In this document: in pieces, positions 1-11,959 of the stretch | How the letters are laid out: each line of letters starts with the position of its first letter | Position numbering within the stretch: position 1 is the stretch's first letter | Assembly: GCA_951406725.2 (NCBI GenBank) | Contig: OX597814.1 | Span: 216,318,001-216,382,000 of the forward strand | Direction: 5' to 3' | From: Octopus vulgaris | Taxonomy: Eukaryota | DNA length: 64,000 bases | Position numbers and translations under genes: made by a program | The notes under the pieces: generated by a model | Databases searched by the model: none | What the model saw: only the letters and a program-made list of their open reading frames with translations | What the model was told of the DNA's origin: nothing

Positions 1-400
1 CAGATATATCTCAAACATATTCTGAATGTTGGCTGGACCTTAAAAACTACAGACACCCAGGTCATGAGGACAGTTGATATCTTGAGTATTGAGGCAATGG
101 TACACAAGCAGCGGTTATGTTGGACTGGACACCTTATTAGAATGAAGGATTGCAGGATCCCTAAGCAGATGCTATATGGGGAACTTGTGAATGGAAAGAG
201 ACCTCGGTAGAAACCAAGGCTACAATTTAAGGACTGTGTAAAGTCCTCGTTAAAAACCTGTAATAAATAGGAGACTGACTGAGAGAGCAATGACTGTTAT
301 CACCACAGATGGAGGAAGCAGGTTAAGGATGGGGATCAACACTTTTGAGAGAGCATGTATTCAGCATGAAGAACTTAAGCATGTTGTTTGAAAGTGCACT
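1..400 (+). mobile_element. RTE/BovB-like LINE, 3' fragment of ORF2 (degenerate)
   Basis: Translates to SIEAMVHKQRLCWTGHLIRMKDCRIPKQMLYGELVNGKRPR*KPRLQFKDCVKSSL, the typical RTE C-terminus; in-frame stop present. Confidence 0.8.
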
Positions 401-458
401 GCTGGTGTAGTGAATGGGGAATCTTTGGTTTGCAATATATATATATATATGTATATAT

Positions 459-1050
459 ATCACTTGATCACTTTGACCGACCAGTCCGTCAGGCGTCCAT
501 TTGACACCGCTGGTCACAGCACGCTGTCCACTCCTCTCTGGATCACGCCTTTCTCATCCACGTGATCCCAATCGTCCTCTTGAAATCGTCACCCCACCGT
601 CGTGGAGGTCTTCCGGGTGGTCTTTTCCGCTCACGCGGGTACCACTCGATACCTGCATGCGTCCACCGATTATCGGTAAACCGGGCGACGTGTCCAGCCC
701 ATCTATACTTGCTGCGAGTATACTCTGCGATGACATCTCTCACACCGGACTTCTTTCTGATGATCTTGTTATTTATGTGCTCTCTCAACGAGATACCAAG
801 CATTGACCTTTCCATGGCTCTTTGAGCCGTTACCAGTCTTTGCTCTTCTCTCTTTGTTGTAGCCCATGTTTCACTACCATATAACATTGCAGGCAGAACT
901 GCACTGTTAATGAGGTTGGCGCGGGTGGTCCTGTCCAACCTTCTCTTGAGCATATCCCTTATGCCATTGAACGCCTTCCATCTGGCCCTTACTCTCCGTG
1001 AGATCTCCTTTTTGATATCCCGGCACATATTTACTTTCTGTCCCAGGTAG
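459..1050 (-). mobile_element. RTE-clade LINE, 5'-truncated 3' end
   Basis: ORF 543-1079(-): YLGQ...EISRRVRARWKAF...VLPAMLYGSETW...KYRWAGHVARFTDNRWT...WYPRERKRPPGRPPRRW. Confidence 0.85.
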
Positions 1051-1070
1051 ACATATGTATATATGTATTG

Positions 1071-1421
1071 AAGGCGCATGGCTCAGTGGTTAGAGCGTCG
1101 AGCTTACGATCATGAGGTTGTGAGCTCAAATCCCGGACCGGGCTGCGTGTTGTGTTCTTGAGCAAGGCACTTTATTTCACGTTGCTCCAGTTCACTAACC
1201 TGTAGAAATGAGTTGCGACGTCACTGGTGCCAAGCTGTATCGACCTTTGTCTTTCCCTTGGATAACACTGGTGGCGTGGAGAGGGGAGGCTGGTATGCAT
1301 GGGCGACTGCTGGTCTTCCATAAAAAAAATCAACCTTGCCCGGACTTGTGTCTAGGAGGGCAACTTTCTGGGTGCAATCCCATGGTCATTCATGACCGAA
1401 GGGGGTCTTTACCCTTTACCC
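1071..1421 (+). mobile_element. tRNA-derived SINE (CORE-like body)
   Basis: Box A TGGCTCAGTGG, box B-like GAGCTCAAATCC, body TTGAGCAAGGCACTT, simple-repeat tail; related head at 63968-64000 and tail fragment at ~20915-20985(-). Confidence 0.8.
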
Positions 1422-1829
1422 ATATATATACATATATATATATATATATATGGGTGTGTGTGTGTGTGTGTGTGTGTGTGTAAGGAAACTATGCAAGTGG
1501 ATTTTGCACACGGAAACTGAAAGAAGACTGTCGTATAGATATGTATATTTGTGTGTATATCTGTGTTTGTACCACCACCATTGCTTGACAAATGATGTTG
1601 CTGTGTTCAGGTCCCTGTAACTTAGCAGTTCAGCAAAAGACAGCAACAGAATAAGTACTATGCTTAGAAATAATAAATCCTTGGGTCTGTTTGTTTGTTT
1701 AAAGGTGGTGCTACAGCACGGCCATTCACATGACTGAAACAAGTAAAACAGCAAAAACTATGCCATTTTAATCCCGAGCAATACCAAGTATCGCTGCTTG
1801 TATGTTATAAAAAAACATTCCTTCAGCTT

Positions 1830-2990
1830 GTGACAGTGGATAGCCCTTGAGCTGGATTTTATTCTTGTCAAAATTCTTAGTCTTTGGGCAGAAACTCAAT
1901 CCCAGCACCAAGACAGGGACATCGTCTGGTGAAAGGTTTAGTTTAGATAAATTTATTCACTCGTATGATGGATTTTCTTGGGAGAGTGCTTTTCAGAGTT
2001 TCACTTTCATTAGATCTGTGACTATTTTTTGGGTTTTGCTCAAATTCTTCACTTAAAATATGGAACCTATTCCGTGATAAAAATGGTTTTGAATGTTCGT
2101 ATGAGGATCTCATAACTTTTAGTCATCTTTCTAGGAGTAAACCATTTCTGGGTTGGTGATAGAAAGTGAATGACTTCTGTGGTTTACGCAGACAATTGAA
2201 AGACCTTTCCTTTCGGGAAAGGAACAAATTTATTAAGAATATAAGATAAATATTAACCACTAGCTTTAACTCCAAGAACTCTAACACTGGACTTTCTGAA
2301 CGTCATATCTTGAAAAACAGTCGCGAGAGAGTTAAGCCCTGTTCATTGTGCAACAACGAGTCAAGTGAATTCCATCAGGAATCATAACAGAAATGTTATG
2401 ATTTATTCAGAAGGTGGGACATGTAGAGATCCAAATTTGGTGTATGTGGCAGAATGCATGAAACACAACATGATTTATGTTGGTTGCACAACAGAACAAT
2501 TAAACAAAAGACTTCATGGGCACAGATATGATGTCAGGAATGATAAAAATTCAACAGAACTTGCTGAACATTTTACATCAAATGGCTGCAATTTTCAAAA
2601 AAAATTTGAAAGTGCATATTCTCAGAAAATATTCTGAATCTGCTACACTTTCAGTCCTCAAAATGCACAGGGACAGATATGTTTTGTGAGTTATTAACAT
2701 CTACACCATGAAGGGATGAATAAAATGACAGAGGAATTTCATAATATTCACACAAAACTGACTATATATTCTTCTCCTTTTTCTTTTTTCTCTCGTTGTT
2801 TTTCTTTCTTTTAGCCAGTTATACAATTGAAAATTGAAGACTGATGACGTCATTTTGTCAAACTGGGAATGCAGGATCTCCTTGTTCCAACTTTTGAATT
2901 TGAATTTCTACAATTTTTAAATTTCTATTCATCACATTTTCATTAGAACTTGACAAAGAGAAGCAAACAGTTGAAATATTGATCAAACTA
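1830..2990. mobile_element. Penelope-like element fragments: N-terminal piece on - strand, GIY-YIG endonuclease on + strand
   Basis: + ORF 2365-2637: TCRDPNLVYVAECMKHNMIYVGCTTEQLNKRLHGHRYDV (GIY-YIG). Minus strand ~1955->1840: INLSKLNLSPDDVPVLVLGLSFCPKT (PLE N-terminal motif). Confidence 0.7.
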
Positions 2991-3474
2991 ATAAAATCAT
3001 CATCATTGTTTGACATCCATGTTCCATGCTAGAATGGTTGGGACGGTTTGACAGGAGCTAGCCAGGCACTTCTGTGTCTGTTTTGGCAGGATTTTTACAG
3101 CCTGATGCCCTTCCTAATATCAACCACTCAGCAGAGTGGACTTAGTGATTTGTACGTGGCACAAGCACAGGTGAGGTTAATTTTGGCAAGGTTTCTACAT
3201 CTGGGTGCCCTTCTGCACACCAACAACTTTACAGCATGGACTGGGTGCTTTTAAGCGGCACCTGCACTGAAACGGACACTAAGTACTTGCAAGACAAAAA
3301 ATACTTTCAAGAGGGGTGGGGGAATTGGAAGATATGATCTTGTGTCAGATGATGAAAGGTCAGAGAGAGAGAGAGAGAAATAGGGGTCTTGCTGTAATGG
3401 AAGTACAAGTTTACTCCACCAGAGAAAGAGAGATAAGGGATGAGGAAAGAAAGAGGCACACTACTGCAAAGGAA

Positions 3475-3927
3475 ATAAAATAAATACCAGCTGAGCACTG
3501 GGGTTGATGTAATTGACTTAGCCACTCTTCTGAAATTGCTGGCTTTCTGCCAAAATTTGAAACCAACATTCCAGTGATGTTTATGGTCAATAAAATAAGT
3601 ACCAGTTGAGCACTGGGGTTGATGTAATTGACTTAGCTACTCTTCTGAAATTGCTGGCCTTGTGCCAAAATTTGAAACCAACATTCCAGTGATGTTTATG
3701 GTCAATAAAATAAGTACCAGTTGAGCACTGGGGTTGATGTAATTGACTTAGCTACTCTTCTGAAATTGCTGGCCTTGTGCCAAAATTTGAAACCAACATT
3801 CCAGTGATGTTTATGGTCAATAAAATAAGTACCAGTTGAGCACTGGGGTTGATGTAATTGACTTAGCTACTCTTCTGAAATTGCTGGCCTTGTGTCAAAA
3901 TTTGAAACCAACATTCCTGTGATGTTT
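3475..3927 (+). repeat. Tandem array, ~4 x 115 bp, SINE-derived unit
   Basis: ACCAG(T/C)TGAGCACTGGGGTTGATGTAATTGACTTAG recurs at 3486, 3601, 3716, 3831; the unit resembles the SINE body seen at 46210-46420(-). Confidence 0.95.
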
Positions 3928-4134
3928 CTAGTATTTATTATAATTAATAGAGATAGTCTTTACTTAGTATCTGTTAAATGTTGATTATATTTTTCTAGAT
4001 GCTAATGTATTATACTAATAACATATTTTATGTCTTCAAATACTTTTTTCTGTCTTTACCCACTGAACTCCCTAGCTCACCCCTAATCCCTCACCAACGA
4101 AATGATTTTATCTTTTTACTTTTTCATAATTTAG

Positions 4135-5673
4135 TTGTGCTGGACGATTGTAACATATACGATCATATACTGCAAAATGTGAAGTTAGATGTTCAACCAT
4201 TGAGGGAACCATCAGAAGAAAATACCATTTCAAGACAGCAAGTCCATGACTATTTACTACCTTCCAAGTTCCATCTGACTTTCTTAAAAAGACATAAAAT
4301 CATAGTTAATGACCAATTAAAGAAATGGGCTGAAGTAATATGGAAAGATTCCAAGTTTAATAAACTGAAATTAAGTTATTCTGAAGGAAATTTGAAGCAA
4401 ATTGAACAATGTTTGGAAGACTTATTAAATTCCATTACTGTTGAAATCATTGATGTTCCAACCAATATTTTTGAAGATGTTGCTAGAACATTGAAAAGTG
4501 AAGATGATGAGATGTATTTTTATTTTGATATCCAATATCATAAAGTTCATATTTTTGGATTTGATAAAAGTAATGTAATTAAAATGAAAAACAGACTTTT
4601 GGATAATCTTAGAACGATATATGAGGATGATTTAAGTATTCATGGAAGGCGTATTCTATCTGGTCTCAGATTTTTTGAGCAGGCAGAAAGACAAGCTGAA
4701 GATCTACAAGTCAGAATTCATGGTAACAAAGTTATTTTTGAAGGCCAGTATTCCGAATTAGCTACTTGTCTCAAGAATATGTATAAAATTCTTCAGTCAA
4801 TTGTTAAATCTGAATTGTGTTTGCCTTTAAATACTGGAATGATCATAAATAAAAAACCAGTGAAAGAATATCTTGATGAAGAACTGAGAAACAAGAAATG
4901 TATTGGTTCATGGGAAACGGGTGATGGTGATTCAGTATTACTTTATGCAAGTGATAAAACACATCTTTCACTTTTGGAAGAAATTATGAAAGAAACTTTT
5001 GTCGCCAATACCCTGGATTTTGTAGACAAAATTAAGGATACTCCAAATTATGGAAAGTGGATGACATTTGTTGAAAGTCTAAAAGAAGAGTTTCCAGATT
5101 CCCATTTTATTGGAGAAAATTCTATTGTTGCTGTTGATGCTGTAGTTAATGATATAAAAAGCAAAATTGATAACTTTAAGCAATCTTTAACTGATGAATC
5201 TTATATATCGATGACTCATGCACATTTCCTCTTTCTTAAAGAGTTCAAAGAACAAGAAATCAATGACTTTGGTGCAAAAAATAAAATTAAGAATGTGTGT
5301 CTCAAAGATAATAAGTTACACCTGGAAGGAACACGAGAGCAAATTAGGAAAAAGGAAATATTTATAGAAAATTTAAGAAAGGATACCAGATCACAAGAAG
5401 AAAACTTTGAAATGTTTAGATTTCAAAAAACCCAGAAAAGTGAAGAAGGAAAGAATTTCTTGAGTGAAATGCAGAAGGAATATGAGAGTATAATATCTTT
5501 AAATTCAGATTTAGAAAGTGAAACAGAAGAAATAGTTAAAGTTAATTATAAAAACTGTGAAATAGTGTTGAGGGAAGGTGACATCACGACTCTGGACACA
5601 GATGTTATTGTTAATGCTACAAATGGCAGACTGAATCTTATGGAAGGAGTTGCAGCAGTCATTGTGCAGAAAG
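4135..5673 (+). CDS. PARP14: PARP14-like mono-ADP-ribosyltransferase, large internal exon (KH-like region + start of Macro1); first exon found in window
   Basis: 1539-nt open exon inside ORF 3999-5678. Acceptor tttcataatttag|TT (phase 1), donor AAAG|gttagt. Ends IVLREGDITTLDTDVIVNATNGRLNLMEGVAAVIVQK (macrodomain start). Symbol is a family-level call. Confidence 0.85.
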
Positions 5674-5714
5674 GTTAGTAATACCATTTTTTATAGTTAA
5701 TGTTTCTTTTTAGA

Positions 5715-5870
5715 TCCAAGTGTGGTTGAGAAGCTAACTTCCTGATCACGTGGTTTCAGGTTCAATTCCACTCACAGCATTTTGGACAAGTGTCTTCTGT
5801 TATAGGTCAGTGGTTGGCCAAAGCCTTGGGAGTGGATTTCGTTGATAGAAACTGAAAGAAGCTCATCATT
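5715..5870 (+). mobile_element. SINE (tRNA-derived, second family), degenerate
   Basis: GTGTGGTTGAGAAGC...GGTTCAATTCCAC...CAAGTGTCTTCT...GAAACTGAAAGAAG; related copies at ~10372-10530, ~21427-21585 and ~1490-1530. Confidence 0.65.
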
Positions 5871-7202
5871 TATACATACATATATACTTTTTTATAAAAG
5901 GTGTATACAGCTCATTGGAGCACTTCTATTTCCAGTCCGTTGTATATCTTGAGTGTTGTTGTCACTCAAGATATAACTTTATATTTTGTAATACATACAT
6001 ACATATATATACATGTGTGTGTGGGTGGGGGTGAGTAGCCAGGTGTTGACAGCACACGATGGTTGTAAATGAACATCACCATCACACAAGTGATGTTGTG
6101 AATATTCCCTCATTTGGAAACATGTGATACTTGGCTACAAGAAGGACACCCAGCCGTGGACATTAAATTATGGTGCACAGACACACACACACACACATAC
6201 ACATACACATGTACACACCAACACGCATGAACACACACACAGCATACATGCACACAAGAGCTTTATATACATCCACTTGCTTGCACACACAGTTATATCG
6301 CATAGCCTTATACACACACACATAAACCAAAAGCATGGACATACATACACACATGCATAGATACTTATACACAGTAGTCTCATACACATGTGTGCTCACA
6401 TACACGTGCCAAGTTCATTGTTGTCTCCCTTGTTATTCGTACTTCAAATCAGTTCTCATAGATGTCTCCCTTGATTGCCAGAGCCACTGACACCTTCAGC
6501 AACCTCTTCCTCCTCCCATCATTTCAGCTTGTAGTGACACTCTGACATGGGTTTCTTCTCTTCTCTCTCTCTTCTTCTATTCTTTCTGTCAAAGAGTAGG
6601 CTCAAAATGTTAAACACTTCCTAATTTCTCTAAGCATAAAGTTGATACACATCTGCTGTAGAGGTCAGGTCTTCTTGAGCACAGCAAGGCACCAGATATC
6701 TCAGTCCTTTGTCATCTCATCCACAAGGTTCACCGTTCGGAGGTTCTCCTTCAGAACTTCGTCCTCTGTTTTACTGGGTCTCCCTCTTACACAAGTTCCA
6801 TCCACTTTGAATGTACGGCACTTCTTTGTTGAGCTGTCAGCAACCCTTCACATCACATGACCAAACCATACTGTCTTCTCTCACAGACTGCATCCAATTC
6901 TTCTTCTGCCAAACTTCTCTCTCAATACACTAACAGTCTGTTGCATATATGTGTTTCTTTATTGGCCACACAAGGCTGAATACAGAAGGGACAAAATACA
7001 AAGTAGAGCTTTTCTTTTTGGAAGGAAGTAGAGAAGAAACCAAAAAAAGAAGTGGGTCAAATTCCAATCAAGAGGGTTTGTGAAGAAAAAAAATATATAC
7101 ATATACGTGTGTGTGTGTGTGTATACAAGTAAAATAGAATTAAAATGTAATATATATATTGATATATATAACAAAATATATTTTTAATAAAAATAATAAT
7201 AA

Positions 7203-9040
7203 TCATCGTTTAAGATCCGCTTTCCATGCTAGCATGGGTTGGACAATTTGACTGAGGACTGGCAAACCAGATGGCTGCACCAGACTCCAATCTTGATCTT
7301 GCAGAGTTTCTGCAGCTGGATGCCCTTCCTAACGCCAACCACTCTGAGAGTGTAGTGGGTGCGTTTACATGCCGCCAACACAGAACCTAGTTAGCTTGAG
7401 GCAACAGCCACGCTCAAATGGTGTTTGTTATGTGCCAATCCAGTGGCACTCGCAACGACCTCACTCAAATGTTTTTTCAGATGCCACCAGCACAAGTGCC
7501 ACTAAGACGACACTGGTAACAATCACGCTTGAATAGTGCTTTTTATGTGCCACCGCCATGGAAACCAGTTAGCTGCTCTGGCAACGATCACTCATGGATG
7601 GTGCTCATAGTGCTCCACTAGTAGGGATGCCAGTCATCAAATCTGATTTCGATTTCACTTGCCTCAACAGGTCTTTGCAAGCAGAGTTTAGTGTCCGAAG
7701 AAGGAAAGGTACACATAAGTGGGCTGGTTACACCCCTGGCATAGGACGCAAAGTTATGGTCTCATTTGGCTTGCAAGGTCTTCTCAAGCACAGCATATTT
7801 CCAAAAGTCTCGGTCACCAGTCATTGCCTCGGTGATGCCTAATGTTCGAAGGTCATGCTTCACCACTTCGAACCAGGTCTTCCTGGGTCTACCTCTTCCA
7901 CAGGTTCCCTCAAATGCTAGGGTGTGGCACTTTTTTACACTGCTGTCCTCATCCATTCTCGCCACATGACTATACCAGTACTGTCATCTCTCTTGCACCC
8001 CAATCTGATGCTTCTTAGGTCCAACTTTTCTCTCAAGGTAGTTACACTCTGTCGAGTATGCACACTGACATTACACATCCAGCGGATCATACTGGCTTTA
8101 TTCCTTGCGAGCCTACGCATATCGTGAGCAGTCATAGCCTATGTTTCACTGCCAAGTAGCATGGCTGTTGATACACATGCGTCATACAGTCTACCTTTTA
8201 CTCACCAGCAGAGGTAAGAGTTCTCTGAACTTTGCCCAGGCTATTCTTATTCTAGCAGCTACACTTTCAGTGCATACCCACCCACCGCTACTGACTTGGT
8301 CACCTAGGTAATGGAAGCTGTCAACTACTTCTAGTTTTTCTCACTGGAATGTGGCAGAAGTTCTTCTCTGCACATTTTCAGTGATTATTGCTCCTGAGCA
8401 TCTGCCACATACAAAAACTATCTTCCCAGTTAGCCTTCTTTCGATATTGTTGCACCTCTTATGTGTCCATAGCTTACGCTGGGTACATCTTATAGAGTTT
8501 CTACCTATGCCATTTCTACAGATCGAGCAGGGCCATCTACCTGAAGGGATTTGTGGTTTGCCTGCCTGATGGGCAAGTGGCTTTCCCGGTCTTCATACTC
8601 TTAATTGCTTTATCTACCAAGGTACTGTCAACTTGGATAGCTGGTCGCTCTGTGAGGTCAACATTCAGCAGACCCTCTTTCTCCCATTCATTTTCTTTAT
8701 TCAGCAACCTTTCATTGTGGCATCTACAAATCTCTCTCTTTGCGGCCTCATTTAGTGCAAGAGAACCATCATCCATGCGAACATATTTCTCTCCTACAAC
8801 ATCACGATTCTCTCTCACACACTGTCTTGCAACACGAAATACCTCAAGTCTTTGATCCTCACGGCGCAGAACATTGGCAAATTTTTCCTTATCTGCTTCC
8901 CTTCTGACTAAATAAACCTGCCACCTAGCTTCCCTTCTGGGAGTCTGATACACTTCCCTGCTACCACCGTTCTTCAAGTCTTTCCAAGCCTGTTTCTTTT
9001 CTCTAATAGCCCTGTCAACAACATTGTTCCACCACCATCT
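7203..9040 (-). mobile_element. RTE-clade LINE (PHD-finger-bearing family), 3' part with internal deletion
   Basis: Minus-strand ORFs WWWNNVVDRAIREKKQAWK..., ...CGRGRPRKTWFEVVKHDLR; 3' tail with GTGCC/GGCAC repeats ending near 7203. Confidence 0.85.
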
Positions 9041-9707
9041 TATTAAAAATCGAATTGGGGAATCCGAGTGCATGCACTAGTATATATAGGGTGGTGGTGT
9101 TGGTGGAAGAGGAGGAAGTCTTGGCGAGGCGAGTGGTAATCGAAAAAGAGAGAGACACACAGTCAGAGTGAGAGCGAGACAAAGACAGAGAGAGAGGGTG
9201 GGTAGAGATGTTCAGAACACGAGGTAGAAAAATATTCTTTTGGGATTTGTGTGGCATAGTTAATTTAACGAGACAGCAAATGTTGATAAGAGTAAAATAG
9301 AACTGAAGAATCTGAGAGCCAGTCTAAGACAAAATTAGAGAAATAAAGTGACTGTGTGATAGACTTTCATAGATGAATGAATGAATATGTTGCGGTTAAG
9401 GAATTGCTTGAACTAAGGTTATATTAAAGGCAAAAACAGGGAAGACGAAACTATTGAAACTATATTTACATGTCTACATGGTAATGAAATAGGTAGAATA
9501 ATGAAAAGAACTAACAAGGGGTTTATGATTTGTGCAGAAATAGAAGAGTAAGTGACGAGGTTGAAAAGACAAAACTTCTTATCTGAGCATCTTCTGAGAT
9601 TCGTATTTTTTCACTGAGGTATTGAAATAATATATTAATATATTACGCATATTAACACATATTAACATGTATTAAACAGGAACATAAGAATGCAAATATC
9701 TTTGCAG

Positions 9708-9956
9708 GTGGGTTTGGAATTCAAGCTGAATCTAACAGAATTATGAAAGAAAGAAAGAGTGAACTGAAACCTGGAGAAGTAGTGTCAACTAAAGCTGGTA
9801 AACTCAAATGCAAGGCTATCATTCATGCTGTTGGACCCGTTTGGAATGATGGACAAACTGAGGAAATTTTTCACCTTTCAAGAGCTGTTCGAAATTGTTT
9901 GGCAGGTCTTGAAGAAATGTCTTATACATCAATTGCAATTCCTGCCATCAGTACAG
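9708..9956 (+). CDS. PARP14: PARP14-like exon: Macro1 core
   Basis: ttgcag|GT...ACAG|gtaag. GGFGIQAESNRIMKERKSELKPGEVVSTKAGKLKCKAIIHAVGPVW...YTSIAIPAISTG; phase 1-1. Confidence 0.92.
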
Positions 9957-11179
9957 GTAAGAATTTACCATTTTGTTTCTGTTCAAATTAATTGGCACAG
10001 AAAGAGTAATTACACTATTTAGTGTATAGCAAGGCAACTATCCTGTCCCTCTCTCATGCTCTAACCTCTCCTCTGGCATCCATCCACTTCCCTTGGTTTC
10101 ACTCCTCGTCTCAACTAAAAGTCTTTGTCTTGCAAGTAACTTGGCAACCCCACTTTTTACGTGGCACCAGCTCCTGTGACGGTGTCCCAGAAAAAGCACC
10201 CAGTGCATTCTCAAAAGTGGTTGGCATTCTGGAAAGGAAGGGAATCCAGCCATAGAAACTATACCAAAAGAGAAAATTGGTACTTGGACAGCTCTCCGGC
10301 CTTGCCAGCATCAAAAACAGAGGTGAAATGATGACAATGATGATATTATATATATATATGTAATATTGTAGAAGATGTGGCAGTATGGTTAAAAGGTTGA
10401 TGTTCCACATGATTTCTGGTTCAGTTCCCTGGCAAGGTATTTTGGGCAAGTTGTTCATTATAGACCTGGGTTTGGCCCAAACCTTCCAGTGGATTTGGTG
10501 GACGGGAATTGAAAAGAGGCCTGTTGTGGCACAGCTGACATTCTAGAAGAACAGTATTTGTTGTTGTTGTGTGAGTGTGTGGCAGTCCTAGCACCTAAGC
10601 AGACGAGTCTTGTCTGCCAACAATATATGAGTGCTTTTATGCACCAGACATCCATATGAGACATCCTCTCATGGTAAATAACGCAGTATTTGGTGCTCAA
10701 ACACAACATCCACATTTAGTTGGATATAAAAATTGCCTGTTGGTATTACTATTGCTTCTGTTGCTGTTAATTACCTTTTTCATAGACTTGCTGGCTATTT
10801 GCAAAATCAGTGCCTTAACAGATACTGAAATTCTATATATGGTCAATAGATTTGGCTGTTATGTCACAACTAGATGTCTCCTACTGAAGAATCCAGGCAA
10901 GATGAAATCATGTCATCTGGCAGTAATAGTGATTATAGCAGATGGTTCTCGTCTCTTAAAAATATAAATATGAGTAATTTTATGCACCCAAGGCCCTGTG
11001 GGAGGTCCTTTTGAGGTAAATAATGGAGTACTCTCTGTTCTAACATGACCTCTACATTAAGTTGGAAGTAAAGTTTGCATATGTATATATTATGGCGGTT
11101 TTCGGTTTTAAACCTTAAGCTTTCTCTTAGGTTCTATTATTTATTTTGGATTTTCTCTGAGTAAGGGAGAATATAATGA

Positions 11180-11660
11180 TTCAACGTCACTTATACTCAA
11201 GTGTTATCCTTATACCTAAAACCCTAATGCTTGCAGGTGATGAAATAATCCTATCAGTGCCAAACTTTAGACCTTGGGTGCATCCACATTGTTGTGTGAT
11301 CTCCTTTGTGCATAAAGTGAGTGCCTGCGATGTAAAGTCCATGTTTATCGCAAAGCTCCAGCAGCATGAGACCATTGCTATTCATTTTCCCTACTCCAAA
11401 ATGCTCTAGAGAGTACCATGTTTGCCAGGCTGTTCCAACCCTGGCCTTGAAATCTCCCAATAGAATGACTCAGAATTGAAGATTTTCCTAAGTATGGCTC
11501 TCAGCTGGGTATAAAAAATAGCTTTATCTTCATTGCAACTAGTCAAAGCGAGTGCTTAGGCACTTACTAGAGTAGCAAACCACCCACCTTTCAGGTGCAA
11601 TCTTACAGTCATTAGACGTTCGTTTATAGGAACAGGAAGCACTCCAACTTCTTCAGGATA
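11180..11660 (-). mobile_element. RTE/BovB-like LINE endonuclease fragment
   Basis: GDFKARVG...GVGKMNSNGLMLLELCDKHGL...TMWMHPRSKVWH (APE-type endonuclease motifs). Confidence 0.75.
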
Positions 11661-11732
11661 TCAGATCGAACTGATATACCGATGATTAAATAAGGTGCAA
11701 AATGATAAATAAAATGTATATATTTGGTAGAA

Positions 11733-11836
11733 TGACGACACATGTTTCGTGGTTATATTTAAGAAATGATTATAGTAAAAATAGTATTAGTAGTAAAATC
11801 ATTTCAATATAAATATAGCCACTCATCAGGTTAAAA
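11733..11836 (-). ncRNA. Candidate minimal type I hammerhead ribozyme motif (Penelope-type), possibly degenerate
   Basis: Minus strand: CUGAUGA - stem II (GUGGCUAUAUUUA/UAAAUAUAACCAC plus inner GAAAUGAUU/AAUCAUUUC) - GAAAC-AUGU-GUC; stem I pairs poorly. Confidence 0.5.
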
Positions 11837-11959
11837 ATAACTACAATAATAAAATAATTAATTAATATATATACGTAAAGAATCTTTTAAAATAGAAATA
11901 TATTCTTTAAAATATCTATCTATCTATCTATCTATCTATATATATATATATATATATGT

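Noticed and set aside
1071-1145. tRNA gene
   Set aside because: Has A/B boxes but no convincing cloverleaf and continues into a SINE body
3999-4134. ATG at 3999 as the gene's start codon
   Set aside because: The first 45 codons are low-complexity and intron-like, and end in a polypyrimidine tract plus AG at 4134; the ORF is better read as an internal exon
6124-6405. His/Thr- and Cys/Val-rich ORFs (also ~15010, ~17721, ~33855)
   Set aside because: Translations of (CA)n and (TA)n microsatellites
6580-6660. Hammerhead-like PLE terminal repeat (also ~19390-19500)
   Set aside because: Core CTGANGA/GAAA nucleotides are mutated; cannot be supported as a ribozyme
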